Source: an uncultured euryarchaeote
Lineage (GTDB): Archaea; Thermoplasmatota; Poseidoniia; Poseidoniales; Poseidoniaceae
Assembly (NCBI GenBank): GCA_937899865.1
Contig: CALBRH010000051.1
Coordinates: forward strand, 120,214 to 184,213
DNA: 64,000 nucleotides
Direction: 5' to 3'
Part shown: positions 29,957 to 40,134 of the stretch, piece after piece
Layout of the letters: each line of letters starts with the position of its first letter
Numbering within the stretch: the stretch's first letter is position 1
The notes under the pieces: generated by a model
The model's database searches: none
Told to the model about the DNA's origin: nothing
Seen by the model: the letters and a program-made list of their open reading frames with translations, nothing else
Position numbers and translations under genes: made by a program

Positions 29957-30104
29957 AATACAGTGGAGAAACTAATTGCTCAATAATTTGATTATTTTTC
30001 GTAGGGATTATAATGGTCGCAATTTGTGGTTACTATACCGAAGATACCGGTTGAGTTTAACCCTTACACTCATAAGGTGTCGCCTTAAGGAATAAACAGG
30101 TGAG

Positions 30105-30830
30105 ATGATGCAACCAAGTGGAAGAGGATATGACCATGGAATTACGACCTTCAGCCCAGATGGAAGATTATTCCAAGTTGAATATGCTAGAGAATCAGTA
30201 AAGCGAGGCACAACTACTGCCGGTTTGAAATTTAAAGACGGTGTTGTTTTAGTCTGTGACAAGAGAATCATTAGCAGATTGATTATCCCTGAATCCATTG
30301 AAAAGATGTTTAAAATTGACAATCATGTTGGTGTAGCAACTTCTGGTTTAATGGCTGATGCTAGACAATTAGTCGCTCGTTCAAGAGTTGAGGCTCAAAT
30401 CAATCGAATAACATACGGCGCTACTGTTCCTGTCGATGTATTGGTAAAGAAAATCTGTGATTTCAAACAATCTTTCACACAATATGGCGGATCAAGACCT
30501 TTTGGTACTGCATTGTTGATTGGTGGAGTTGATGACAACGGTATACACCTTTACGAGACTGACCCCAGTGGTGCGTACCAATCTTACCATGCTGGAGCTA
30601 TCGGCAGTGGAAGAAACACCGTAATCGAATATTTTGAGAAAAATTGGAAAGAAAATCTAACTCTTAACGCAGCTATGAAGCTGGGATTAGAAGCTTTGAG
30701 AAATGCCAATGATGCTGAATTAAATCGAGATGCTGTAGAAGTTGCTGTAGTTGATTCAAGCGGCTACCGATTCCTTGACCGAGAGGATGTCAACAAGCAA
30801 ATTGATAGATTAAAACCACTTGAAGAGTGA
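30105..30830 (+). CDS. psmA: Proteasome alpha subunit
   Basis: The N-terminus GYDHGITTFSPDGRLFQVEYA is the proteasome alpha signature. Confidence 0.9.
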   Translation: MMQPSGRGYDHGITTFSPDGRLFQVEYARESVKRGTTTAGLKFKDGVVLVCDKRIISRLIIPESIEKMFKIDNHVGVATSGLMADARQLVARSRVEAQINRITYGATVPVDVLVKKICDFKQSFTQYGGSRPFGTALLIGGVDDNGIHLYETDPSGAYQSYHAGAIGSGRNTVIEYFEKNWKENLTLNAAMKLGLEALRNANDAELNRDAVEVAVVDSSGYRFLDREDVNKQIDRLKPLEE

Positions 30831-30860
30831 TTGCGTAAATAAAGATTCAAAGGTAAGAAT

Positions 30861-31547
30861 ATGGTTAGTTTAGATGATGCTGTCTTAGCAAGAATGGAAA
30901 AGGGCGGCAAAAGGTATGAAATCTTAGTTGACCCCGATTTAGTCGACGCTTTCAAAACCGACGCATCTTCTGTCAAAATTGATGAATTCTTTGCTATGGA
31001 TGAAGTATTTCATGATGCTAGAGGTGGAGAGAGACCTACTGAAGAAGCAATACAGAACACTTTTGGAACTCAGGACATCTTAGAAATCGCCAAAATTATT
31101 TTTGAAAAGGGAAGTATTCAGTTAACGACCAATCAACGTAAAGCAATGGTAGAAAGAATGCGGCAAAAAATTGTTCATCACATTCATAGCCAAGCCGTAG
31201 ACCCTAAAACGAAGAGCCCCCATCCTAAAACTAGAATTGAATTAGCTTTAGAAGAGTCACGCTATTCTGTTGATCCATTCAAAAATCTAGAGCAGCAAAT
31301 AAAAGAGGCAACTGATAAACTAAAACCACTTATCCCACTATCCTTTGAGACAATAAAATTAGCATTTAAAGTCCCTGGTTCTGATTGTGGTAGCGCAATG
31401 CGTATCTTACGCCCATTTCAAATCAAAGAGGGATGGCTTGAAGATGGTTCATGGGCAAGTGTAGTTGAGATTCCTGCTGGTATGAAGGGCGAATTAATAG
31501 GCCAAATAATGAAAATTTCATCCCAGACAGAAGTAAAAGAAATGTAA
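30861..31547 (+). CDS. sdo1: Ribosome maturation protein SBDS/Sdo1
   Basis: The N-terminal FYSH-domain sequence KRYEILVDPD matches SBDS. It sits in the canonical position after psmA in the archaeal exosome superoperon. Confidence 0.75.
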   Translation: MVSLDDAVLARMEKGGKRYEILVDPDLVDAFKTDASSVKIDEFFAMDEVFHDARGGERPTEEAIQNTFGTQDILEIAKIIFEKGSIQLTTNQRKAMVERMRQKIVHHIHSQAVDPKTKSPHPKTRIELALEESRYSVDPFKNLEQQIKEATDKLKPLIPLSFETIKLAFKVPGSDCGSAMRILRPFQIKEGWLEDGSWASVVEIPAGMKGELIGQIMKISSQTEVKEM

Positions 31548-31586
31548 ATATTCAAACTCCTTTCAAAGGGTTGATTTTATCATGGG

Positions 31587-32312
31587 TTGGCCAGTCGCCG
31601 AATCGGAGAGAAAGAAATGTCCCAAGGTCGAAGCGGCGCCGAGCAGCGCCTAGTGACCCCGGGAATGGCTATTGGGCCATTAACCGGGATGCGTGTCGGT
31701 AGTGGCGCAATAAGCCACAACGACGAAATTATTGCAACCAAACTCGGTTGGGTTAGAGAACTTAATGGAACTATATCAGTAGACCCAATCAACAGCCCTT
31801 ACTTACCTCGTTCAGGTGACTTAGTTATCGGAACTGTTGCTGAAGTAAGAAACAATCTGTGGTTCCTAAATATCAATGGTTCATTTCAGGGTTTACTACC
31901 AATGTCACTTGCACCATGGAAGGTGGAATTTGGCCAAGCTCGTCAACACATGGATGTAGGCGATTCTGCTCTAGCGAGAGTGCAAGAAGTTGATGAATGT
32001 CACAATGTTGTTCTAACTATGAAAGGAGTAGGTTTGCGTAGACTTTCTCAGGGTGCAGTTGTCGAAGTTCCTGTTAATCATCTTGATAGAATTCGAGGTG
32101 AAAATAATGCTAATCTTGATCGAATGAAGAACATCAGTGATTGTCGAATAATTGTTGGTGAGAATGGTCGAGTTTGGATTGATGGAGATGATGATAACAT
32201 CTCATGGACTAGAGAAGCATTGGCAATTACCAAACAACATGGACATAAATCAAATTTTGATTCAATAATGAAAAAACATGAAAAAACTTTTACTAAACAA
32301 GGTGATGCTTAA
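31587..32312 (+). CDS. rrp4: Exosome complex RNA-binding subunit Rrp4 (start possibly at the Met at 31617)
   Basis: It has an S1 + KH architecture, with ..[10 protein letters not shown].. near the N-terminus. Its position before rrp41 supports the call. Confidence 0.75.
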   Translation: MASRRIGEKEMSQGRSGAEQRLVTPGMAIGPLTGMRVGSGAISHNDEIIATKLGWVRELNGTISVDPINSPYLPRSGDLVIGTVAEVRNNLWFLNINGSFQGLLPMSLAPWKVEFGQARQHMDVGDSALARVQEVDECHNVVLTMKGVGLRRLSQGAVVEVPVNHLDRIRGENNANLDRMKNISDCRIIVGENGRVWIDGDDDNISWTREALAITKQHGHKSNFDSIMKKHEKTFTKQGDA

Positions 32313-33040
32313 TGGGCGGATATGGAGATATACAATTATTACGAGATGATGGATTAAGACTAGATGGAAGAAAATTGGATGAGTCAAGACCTGTTTCAAT
32401 TCAAGCAGGAATTTTGCCAGCTGCTGATGGTTCAGCAATGGTAACTCACGGATTAAATGTTGCAGTTGCGGCAGTTTACGGACCAATGGAAGCGCATCCA
32501 AGGAAAATACAAAGACAAGACAGAGCAGTTATTGATGTAAGATATAACATGGCTCCGTTTTCTACAAGTGACAGAATAAGACCGGGATATAATCGCCGTT
32601 CAAGAGAAATTTCAAAAGTTACTGCGGAAGCATTAGAATCTGCAGTCTTAGTTGAGAGATTTCCTAGATCGAAAATTAGAGTTGAAATAGAAATTTTAGC
32701 TGCTGAGGCAGGTACACGATGTGCTGGAATTACCGCAGCCTCAGTTGCTTTGGCTGATGCTGGAATTCCAATGAGAGACATGGTTGTTGGAGTTGCTTCT
32801 GGTAAAATAGAAGATACTGTAGTACTTGACTTAGACAAGGCAGAAGACAACTATGGTCAAGCAGATTTACCTGTAGGTATCCTACCAAATACTGGTGAAA
32901 TAGCTTTCTTGCAAATGGATGGTGACCTTTCTCCTGAAGAATTCGATTTAGCCATGGAATATAATTTCAAAGCCGCCAAAGAAATTCATGAAATTATGGT
33001 TGATGCTTTGAAAGCCAGGTATGAAGGAGGTGACAACTGA
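32312..33040 (+). CDS. rrp41: Exosome complex exonuclease Rrp41 (RNase PH-like)
   Basis: It has the RNase PH fold, with R..DGR...E.R phosphate-binding residues. Confidence 0.85.
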   Translation: MGGYGDIQLLRDDGLRLDGRKLDESRPVSIQAGILPAADGSAMVTHGLNVAVAAVYGPMEAHPRKIQRQDRAVIDVRYNMAPFSTSDRIRPGYNRRSREISKVTAEALESAVLVERFPRSKIRVEIEILAAEAGTRCAGITAASVALADAGIPMRDMVVGVASGKIEDTVVLDLDKAEDNYGQADLPVGILPNTGEIAFLQMDGDLSPEEFDLAMEYNFKAAKEIHEIMVDALKARYEGGDN

Positions 33041-33825
33041 TGGTAGAGTTAGTACCTAACTTGCTACGTCAAGAAATGGCAAGACTTGCTGAACAAGATG
33101 CAAGAATTGATGGAAGAGGTAGATTTGAAGGCAGAGAAATAACTCTAGAAACTGATTGCTTGTACAATGCAGAAGGTTCTGCTAAAGTAACTATGGGCAA
33201 GACTGTAGTTTACGCTGGAGTGAAATTTGAAATTAGAACTCCATGGCCTGACAGACCTGCTGAAGGATCACTAATGTGTGGCGCTGAACTACGTCCAGTA
33301 GCACATAGAAAGTATGAGCCTGGACCGCCATCACCAGAATCAATCGAACTTGGAAGAGTTGTTGACCGTGGAATTCGTGAATCAGGTTGCATCGACATGA
33401 ATAGTTTGTGCATTATTCCGGGCGAGAAAGTTTGGGGAGTAATGATTGATATTCATGTTTTGTCTGATGGCGGAAATATTTTCGATGCTTGTGGACTTGC
33501 TGCGATTGCAGCTCTCAGAACTGCAGTAGTTCCAGCAGAACGATTTGATGTTGGTGAAGACTACACTCTTTCAGTTAATGGAACTCCTATTATGGCATCA
33601 TTTACTAGAGTTGGTGGAAGATATGTTTACGACCCTTGTGAAGAGGAAGAATTGGGTGGAGATGAGCGAATTCATATCACAATTGGTGATGAAGGACATC
33701 TTCACTCACTACAAAAGGGGTTAAGAGGGGTATTCACGCCGCAAGAATTCGCAGAGATATTCGAGGTAGCCCAAGAAAAGTGTGTTGAACTAAGAAAAAT
33801 CGTTGCAAAAAAGGAGGCGAACTGA
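33040..33825 (+). CDS. rrp42: Exosome complex subunit Rrp42 (RNase PH-like, inactive)
   Basis: It is a second RNase PH-like ORF, translationally coupled to rrp41. Confidence 0.8.
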   Translation: MVELVPNLLRQEMARLAEQDARIDGRGRFEGREITLETDCLYNAEGSAKVTMGKTVVYAGVKFEIRTPWPDRPAEGSLMCGAELRPVAHRKYEPGPPSPESIELGRVVDRGIRESGCIDMNSLCIIPGEKVWGVMIDIHVLSDGGNIFDACGLAAIAALRTAVVPAERFDVGEDYTLSVNGTPIMASFTRVGGRYVYDPCEEEELGGDERIHITIGDEGHLHSLQKGLRGVFTPQEFAEIFEVAQEKCVELRKIVAKKEAN

Positions 33826-34176
33826 TTGGCAAAGAGAACCCAAAAAGCAGGAGCAACCGCTAGATTCGGTGCAAGATATGGTGTTTCAGTAAGAAGAAAC
33901 TCTGCATCTGCTATGGCAAAGAAAAGTAAGAAATATACTTGTCCGGTTTGCCAATATCAAAAAGTTTCTAGGAAGTCTGTAGGGATTTGGCACTGCAGCA
34001 AGTGTGACTACACTTTTGCAGGCGGAGCTTGGGAGCCTTTCACTAGAGCATCTGACGCTAATAGCAAAATTATGCGAAGATCTGTTGAAGGAGCAACAAC
34101 TGCTGACATTGCATTTATCGCCCAACAAGCAGCCATAGACTACGAGAGAAGTTTGGCAGAGTCTGAAGAAGAGTGA
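33826..34176 (+). CDS. rpl37ae: Ribosomal protein L37ae (eL43) with a ~25-aa C-terminal extension
   Basis: The sequence MAKRTQKAG..RYG...R......KYTCPVC......GIWHC.KC......GGAW matches eL43. Confidence 0.85.
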   Translation: MAKRTQKAGATARFGARYGVSVRRNSASAMAKKSKKYTCPVCQYQKVSRKSVGIWHCSKCDYTFAGGAWEPFTRASDANSKIMRRSVEGATTADIAFIAQQAAIDYERSLAESEEE

Positions 34177-34440
34177 TTGTTCAGAGGGACCACAATGTCC
34201 ACTGAATGGAAATTAATACTCGAAGTTGAATCGAGTAGTAAGCAGAATACTGACTCACTTGCTGCAGCTTTAATTACCGATTGTGATGTAAATCATAACG
34301 GAGATTCTTTCTCAATTGAGATTCTTGAAAGCAAGGCTAAGGATTTACGAGCCATGTGGAATACTAGAGTTCGTGGATTAATCGCTGTTGATTCTCTTGT
34401 CAACATGATTGATAATTTGATTCCAAGCGAGGATTCATGA
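34177..34440 (+). CDS. Small protein, possibly the KEOPS subunit Pcc1-like
   Basis: It is an 87-aa Cys-free ORF. Its beta-alpha-beta pattern (WKLILEVES..AAALI.D......SFSIEILESKAKDLRAMWNTRVRGL) resembles Pcc1. It sits where RpoP/Pcc1 normally sit in the superoperon. Confidence 0.35.
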   Translation: MFRGTTMSTEWKLILEVESSSKQNTDSLAAALITDCDVNHNGDSFSIEILESKAKDLRAMWNTRVRGLIAVDSLVNMIDNLIPSEDS

Positions 34441-34472
34441 ACCAGTAATGATTGAATTGAAATGGTGAGAGC

Positions 34473-34787
34473 ATGAGTGAAATGGAGCAATTTCAAATCG
34501 TTGTATCTGAGATACAATCAGTACGCCAACAAATGGCAAGTTTAAACGCTCAGATTATCGAACTAAAAGCAACTTCAGATGCAGTATCAAACCAACCTGA
34601 GGACTTAGCACTTCACCAACAACTCGGTGGTGTTTTAATAGAAGTAGCAGATAGAAAATCGTTAGTAGAAGTTCTTGATAACGATGTCAAAACATTATCT
34701 GAACACCTTACACGATTACAATCTCGTGAAACAGACCTAATGAATTCATATGAAGAACTAAAAAAGGTTCTAGAGGGATCTAATTGA
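34473..34787 (+). CDS. pfdB: Prefoldin beta subunit-like coiled-coil protein
   Basis: It is a ~104-aa coiled-coil/beta-hairpin/coiled-coil protein in the conserved position downstream of rpl37ae. Confidence 0.5.
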   Translation: MSEMEQFQIVVSEIQSVRQQMASLNAQIIELKATSDAVSNQPEDLALHQQLGGVLIEVADRKSLVEVLDNDVKTLSEHLTRLQSRETDLMNSYEELKKVLEGSN

Positions 34788-35788
34788 GTGAAATATCTAA
34801 CTCTGATAGTGACAATTTAGTTGCTTTACACGATTGGATAAACAATGCTTGCTCAAATGGTGCTGTACCTGTTGTAACAGGTCTAAATGGAGACATGGAT
34901 ACTGTTGGTTCGGCAATTTCACTTGCTGCCTCAAATGCTAATATGATGGCTTGTGGACTTCATCTTGGACGGGTGTCTAAGCGCGTCTGTGGAGAATTAT
35001 CAGCTCCATTTAGAAAGATAAGTAACTTTGCTGATTTCCCAAAAAATCTTGGTGGCATAATTTTTGTTGATGCAGCATCACCAAGCCAAATAGGGATTGA
35101 ACTACCAGAAAATATTCCAAAATGTATTATTGATCACCATGTATCTAATGAATGGGACATTGGTGATTCTGACCTACTAGTGAAAATGCCAGTTTCTGCT
35201 ACTACTGAAATTGTTGCTAAATATCTTAATGCACATTCACCAGAAACACTCACAGAATCTGTAAGAAAACTATTGCTTGCTGGCCTTCTAACTGATAGTG
35301 GTAGATTCAAACACAACCAAAAAGAATCTTTCAATACTGCAGATTTAATTTTGAATGGCTCAAATATAGATTATGCGAGATTTGTTGAGTGGTTAGAATC
35401 TAATGAGATTAATTCAAGTGAAAGAGGTAGTTTACTTCGAGGTCTTCAAAGAGCAAAAGCGACCGAATCTGGTGATTGGTCAATTGTTCACTCGTATTGT
35501 GGGACTTTGGAAGGACGATTAGCTAGTTTACTACTTGGTATCGGCCATGATATTTCTCTTGTCAGTAGAAATCGAGATGGAGAAACTAGATTAACTGCAC
35601 GTGCAACTAAAGATGCAACTTCTCAAGGATTATCTCTAGCCAAAATTATGACTTCAGTTGCCCAACAAATTGGAGGAGAAGGTGGCGGTCACGATGGTGC
35701 AGCAGGATGGAGTGGTAATGTCGATAGAATTACTGCGGAGAGTTCATTTATCTCCCACGTTGCAAAAATTTCACGGAGTGTTGAGTAG
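34784..35788 (+). CDS. DHH/DHHA1 family phosphoesterase (NrnA-like nanoRNase / pAp phosphatase)
   Basis: It carries the DHH motifs (D.D..GS, VDAAS, IIDHH, GLLTDSG) and the DHHA1 GGGHDGAAG motif. Confidence 0.7.
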   Translation: MSEISNSDSDNLVALHDWINNACSNGAVPVVTGLNGDMDTVGSAISLAASNANMMACGLHLGRVSKRVCGELSAPFRKISNFADFPKNLGGIIFVDAASPSQIGIELPENIPKCIIDHHVSNEWDIGDSDLLVKMPVSATTEIVAKYLNAHSPETLTESVRKLLLAGLLTDSGRFKHNQKESFNTADLILNGSNIDYARFVEWLESNEINSSERGSLLRGLQRAKATESGDWSIVHSYCGTLEGRLASLLLGIGHDISLVSRNRDGETRLTARATKDATSQGLSLAKIMTSVAQQIGGEGGGHDGAAGWSGNVDRITAESSFISHVAKISRSVE

Positions 35789-35790
35789 TA

Positions 35791-36855
35791 ATGTCTGAAA
35801 TTGAAGTGCCTAATTCTCCAGGTAAGTTTGTTTCAAAATGGCGAACTGATGGACCTGTAGACAATATCACATTAGGTAATTGGAAGGACGAAATGGAAAT
35901 AGAATCATGGCTGATGATTGCTGAGGCAGCACTTTTTCTTGATGCTGCTGAATTATTCGAACAGGTAAAGGAGAACCTATCAACTGCTGAATTAGCAACT
36001 ATTGGTTTAGTAAGACGTAGAATGCTTGGCGATAACAAGTTAGAGCAAGCGATTAATGAGGCTATTGAAATTGCCAAAAATCCTGAAACACGTGATTTGA
36101 AGTTAGAGGGGCGTCTAAGAATGGAAAGAGGCTTAACTAGATTTGAAAGTGGAGATATTGAGGGTGCAAAAGAAGATTTGGAATGGGCTGAATTAAGATT
36201 GAAGTCAGTTGCTAAAGCAAGTCGTGATCATGATTTGTCATTGCTCAATAGGGCTGCATTATTGATGGCAACGAACGCACCACTAATGGCACTAAATGTA
36301 TACTCTGAGATTACAAGAGATAGTGACCATGCTCATGAGACAATTGCTATATCGAGATTAGGGGCTTCGCGCATTAGAGCTTCATTAGGGCACATGTTTG
36401 ATGCTACACGTCATGCTTGGAACGCACATGCACATGCAATCAAAGCGTATCAAACCAATATGGCAATTGAAGCAGGAACACTATTCATAGAATTATCATT
36501 ATCAAATATTTCTAAAGATGCTGAAAGAATGCAATTTCAAGTTGACAATGCTAAGCCTAGAAAGGTCGAAGACCCTGAACCAGCCCTTTTAGTGAACCCG
36601 TTAGATATCAATGGAGTATTTGATTGGTGTTTCAACAATTTGCCAAAATCAAACATTGGCGAGCATAGACCAGATCTTAGAGCAATGGTTAGCATCGCTA
36701 AAAATCTCGATAAATTGGATTATTTCAAAGATTTATTCAGCGAACCTGATGAAGTTGAAGACGCGACACTTGCTGCAATGATACAAGTATGCATTGACGA
36801 TGAAGAACATGCGAAAATTTGGGGCGAAAGATTATCTGTCTTGACACTTATTTGA
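35791..36855 (+). CDS. Hypothetical all-alpha protein
   Basis: The ORF begins 3 nt after the DHH gene stop. It contains one Rx5H (RHAWNAH) HEPN-like motif, which is of uncertain significance. Confidence 0.4.
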   Translation: MSEIEVPNSPGKFVSKWRTDGPVDNITLGNWKDEMEIESWLMIAEAALFLDAAELFEQVKENLSTAELATIGLVRRRMLGDNKLEQAINEAIEIAKNPETRDLKLEGRLRMERGLTRFESGDIEGAKEDLEWAELRLKSVAKASRDHDLSLLNRAALLMATNAPLMALNVYSEITRDSDHAHETIAISRLGASRIRASLGHMFDATRHAWNAHAHAIKAYQTNMAIEAGTLFIELSLSNISKDAERMQFQVDNAKPRKVEDPEPALLVNPLDINGVFDWCFNNLPKSNIGEHRPDLRAMVSIAKNLDKLDYFKDLFSEPDEVEDATLAAMIQVCIDDEEHAKIWGERLSVLTLI

Positions 36856-37246
36856 GTGATAATTTCCAATTATCTAAATCAAGGAATTCTTGTTCAGTCC
36901 ACATAATCACAGGTGGTACTTCATTCCACCATGCAATCTCATCTACTTTATCGTCACTAATATGCCAACTTTGGTCTGAAGGAGATAAGTCAGTAACTAC
37001 ATGAGCCACCCATCCTTCAGGATAATATTGCTTATTCCACTCTCTAATTGTTACATGGAGACCGGTTTCTTCTTTTACCTCTCTAATTAATGCCTGCTCG
37101 GGAGATTCTCCATCATTGAGATGGCCTCCTGGAATTTCCCAGCCACGTTCGGGGTGTTTGACAAACACAACATGCCCACCAGATTGCATCGACAAATTAT
37201 CCTCTAAGGTCGAGGTAATCCAAGCAAGAACAAATTTTGGAAGCAT
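36848..37246 (-). CDS. NUDIX hydrolase
   Basis: It has the Nudix box [24 protein letters not shown]. The ORF track extends to 37324; the Met at 37246 is preferred because it abuts the upstream gene stop. Confidence 0.7.
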   Translation of the reverse strand: MLPKFVLAWITSTLEDNLSMQSGGHVVFVKHPERGWEIPGGHLNDGESPEQALIREVKEETGLHVTIREWNKQYYPEGWVAHVVTDLSPSDQSWHISDDKVDEIAWWNEVPPVIMWTEQEFLDLDNWKLSLK

Positions 37247-37247
37247 T

Positions 37248-38249
37248 TCAATCAAGACCCAAACGTGCTTGTTCCATATACTGTTCAGCCCAATTTTCAC
37301 CTTGGGCAACAAGTCTTCTAGCAACGAAAAATGCTTCAGAAAAATCTTTTTGACCTAGTAAACGAATCAATTTTTGTTCATCATTATTTACTACTGAAAC
37401 TTCCTCTTCTAAATCTTCCAATTTTTCTTCTATTGTTGAAACACGGCTTGCCAATGCCACCATTTGGTCGAGGAATTCTTCACGCTTAGAAACTGGTGGC
37501 CGTGTCCAAATTTTTTCATCATCGCCATCCATTCTAGCTGTCAATCGACTCATGTATTCATCTCTGACATTACTATGAGAACGCAATGTTTGCACATGGT
37601 CATAACATATCCATGCTTCTTCTGTTTTATTCAAGCGCTCATATAATCGCCCCAATTCTAACCACAATTCATGATTCTGCGGCCTGTGTGCTAACAAGTT
37701 TCTAGCTAATTCAATGAACAAATCTATTTGTCCAGAATCTCTAATCCTCTCTATCCTTCTGCCAAAAATGATGTTTGCTCTTTGGTCTCTAAAATCAAGT
37801 CTTTTACAACGTTCAACAAATCCACTAAGATTTTCTAACGATTCATTTGGTGAATTAATTTGCTGCCACCATACATCAGGATCAAGAGGGTCTCTAGCAA
37901 ATGCTGCTTCCAATAATTCAAGTCCAAGTTTTAGAAAATCAATATCTTTTAACTGCTCAATTTGTTCAGGATCTCTACCTAAAATTGAAAACAAGTCCTC
38001 CAATACTGCACTCAAACCTTCTCCATCACCAATTATTACCTTGATGTCAGCTAAACATCGCCAATTATTTTCATCGGTAAAATCATGTAAAATTGCTTGC
38101 CTAGCACTCTGTTCTGCCCAACCAATATTATCATTAAACCTACTTTCATCCATTGTTGCTAATTTGGCAAATTTTTTGGCTTGGGAGCGATAACGATTAC
38201 CAAGATTTCTTCTTGGATGTTGTAAGAGGTCCTTACTGTCCTCTAGCAA
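37248..38249 (-). CDS. Hypothetical TPR-like helical repeat protein
   Basis: It is an alpha-helical repeat protein ([26 protein letters not shown]) directly upstream of the Nudix gene. Confidence 0.4.
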   Translation of the reverse strand: MLEDSKDLLQHPRRNLGNRYRSQAKKFAKLATMDESRFNDNIGWAEQSARQAILHDFTDENNWRCLADIKVIIGDGEGLSAVLEDLFSILGRDPEQIEQLKDIDFLKLGLELLEAAFARDPLDPDVWWQQINSPNESLENLSGFVERCKRLDFRDQRANIIFGRRIERIRDSGQIDLFIELARNLLAHRPQNHELWLELGRLYERLNKTEEAWICYDHVQTLRSHSNVRDEYMSRLTARMDGDDEKIWTRPPVSKREEFLDQMVALASRVSTIEEKLEDLEEEVSVVNNDEQKLIRLLGQKDFSEAFFVARRLVAQGENWAEQYMEQARLGLD

Positions 38250-38258
38250 ATAAACACC

Positions 38259-39530
38259 TCACTGAACAGACATAAAGCCAGATTTATCTACGCCAAAAGC
38301 AATTGTCGCATCAAAACCAACCTTTGAGGTAGTACCATCATCATTTCTCGATGGGTCTAATGAACTCCCTTTTTGATTTGACAGGATTATAGTATCCTTA
38401 TCTGGTTGCCATCTTGTAACCATAGCCCACTCTACTCTAACTGGATCTCCAATGTCAATATCTTCGTCAACAACTGTTACCATTTTCATACTTCTATGTC
38501 CAGCAAGTGCAGCCTCAATTGCTTTAATTCCGTCATCAGCGTTTTTCTTGCGAATTTTAACAACTGCTGCCAACCAACCACAACCACCTTCTGTCATGTG
38601 AACATCTAAACACTCACAAACTTTTGAAACCGCATCCTTAATTGTTGGAGAACGAGGCAAACCCATTAGGGTCTTATGCTCTGCTTCACCAGGAATAAGT
38701 GCGTGAAAAATTGGATCGTTTCGATGAACTAATCCATCGAATTCAATAACTGGTTCTTGACGAACATCGTCGATTGTACCTGTAATGTCTACATACGGAC
38801 CTTCATCGTCATTTTCTAGTGTGATTTTACCCCAAAAGACATATTCTGAGGACGCTGGAACTTCTACACCATTTGGCATCTTAGTTAATCGAAGTGGCTT
38901 TTTATACAACTTTTCATGAAGTGCAGCAGCGATGGTTAACTCGTCAATATTTTCATCAAATGACATTGCAGCTGCTAACAAAACCACGGGGTCTGGGGCA
39001 TTAACTACGGCAACATCTACCGTGTCTCCATTTGCTCTAGCAGTTGTCATCATAGTTCGTAAATGACGAGGTACTAAACGAACTACTGTATGATTTTTGT
39101 CACGAAGGAATTGCCGATGAAAAGACATGTTTCTAATTCCATTGTACTGAGCAATAATTACGCTAGCAGAAGAATATCTTCCACGATCTTGAGGCCAATG
39201 GTGAGGAATGGGGATAGCTTCTAAATTGACTGTAGATTGAATATTCTCAAAGCATTCTGCATTTGATGAATCTACAATTTCAGGAGATGCTGGGTTTTTC
39301 ATTGCCCAAGCGAGTGTATCAATATATTCTCCTGGACTAATTCCAATAGCAGCGCATAATCTATCTCTTGTCAACAGATTAACTGCAGCTTTGTGACCTG
39401 GAGTTTCAGTAATATTATCAAAAACCAATAATGGATGATTATTGTCTTTGGAGTACTCCCACATACCGTGAATTAAACTAATTGGTTGGGAAATTGTTTC
39501 TGCAGCACCGAGATGGTCTCTAAAGGCCAT
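38259..39530 (-). CDS. UbiD-family (prFMN-dependent) decarboxylase
   Basis: The segments VEVPASSEYVFWGKI....EGPYVDITGT and VTVVDEDID.......WAMVTRWQPDKDTIIL match conserved UbiD blocks. Confidence 0.7.
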   Translation of the reverse strand: MAFRDHLGAAETISQPISLIHGMWEYSKDNNHPLLVFDNITETPGHKAAVNLLTRDRLCAAIGISPGEYIDTLAWAMKNPASPEIVDSSNAECFENIQSTVNLEAIPIPHHWPQDRGRYSSASVIIAQYNGIRNMSFHRQFLRDKNHTVVRLVPRHLRTMMTTARANGDTVDVAVVNAPDPVVLLAAAMSFDENIDELTIAAALHEKLYKKPLRLTKMPNGVEVPASSEYVFWGKITLENDDEGPYVDITGTIDDVRQEPVIEFDGLVHRNDPIFHALIPGEAEHKTLMGLPRSPTIKDAVSKVCECLDVHMTEGGCGWLAAVVKIRKKNADDGIKAIEAALAGHRSMKMVTVVDEDIDIGDPVRVEWAMVTRWQPDKDTIILSNQKGSSLDPSRNDDGTTSKVGFDATIAFGVDKSGFMSVQ

Positions 39531-39684
39531 ATTATGGCCAATTGAAACAATTGCTTAACCTTTCATACTAAATTCGGCATTTTTTAAGATAAAATAGCAT
39601 CAGTTACATTATTCCAGTAATCACTTTTTCCAAGTTCAAGGGTCGTTGTTAAATAGGGGCTTCAAGTCGGCGAATTGCTTCAAT

Positions 39685-39690
39685 GAGGTG
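39685..39690 (+). promoter_or_regulatory. Shine-Dalgarno-like GAGGTG 6 nt upstream of the rps12 ATG
   Basis: It is complementary to the 16S 3' end consensus, and the spacing to the ATG at 39697 is appropriate. Confidence 0.4.
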
Positions 39691-39696
39691 TATCAC

Positions 39697-40125
39697 ATGG
39701 GTAGAGGACTATTCGCAGGTGCAAAGATGGCTAAAGACCGACAAAAATTTCGTTGGTCGGATCGTAGATATAAGAAGCGTATGTTGAAGTCAAGAGCTAA
39801 GCATGACCCACTTGCAGGTTCAACACAAGCTAAAGGCATAGTTGTTGAAAAAGTAGGTATTGAAGCGAAGCAACCTAATTCTGGTATTAGAAAAGCAGTA
39901 AAAATTTCACTGATTAAGAACGGTAACAAACTTACCGCATTCGCACCTGGAGATGGTGCTATCAACTTCATTGATGAACACGATGAAGTTATGGTCGAAG
40001 GTATCGGTGGACGCATGGGTCGTTCATATGGTGATATTCCCGGTGTTAGATACAAGGTAATCCAAGTCAATGGCGTATCTCTTGATGAGATGGTAAGAGG
40101 CAGAAAAGAGAAGCCAGTGAGATGA
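39697..40125 (+). CDS. rps12: Ribosomal protein S12 (uS12)
   Basis: The sequence MGRGLFAG....[13 protein letters not shown]...[31 protein letters not shown] matches uS12. The ORF track begins upstream at 39646. Confidence 0.9.
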   Translation: MGRGLFAGAKMAKDRQKFRWSDRRYKKRMLKSRAKHDPLAGSTQAKGIVVEKVGIEAKQPNSGIRKAVKISLIKNGNKLTAFAPGDGAINFIDEHDEVMVEGIGGRMGRSYGDIPGVRYKVIQVNGVSLDEMVRGRKEKPVR

Positions 40126-40134
40126 GGTGTTTTA

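Noticed and set aside
36819-37004. 61-aa ORF overlapping the end of the 35791 gene and the Nudix gene
   Set aside because: It overlaps two better-supported genes and has no recognisable motif.
37247-37324. N-terminal 26 codons of the Nudix ORF as given by the ORF track (overlapping the upstream TPR-like gene by 77 nt)
   Set aside because: The internal Met at 37246 gives a start abutting the upstream stop. This is a more parsimonious translationally coupled arrangement, and the Nudix fold begins downstream.
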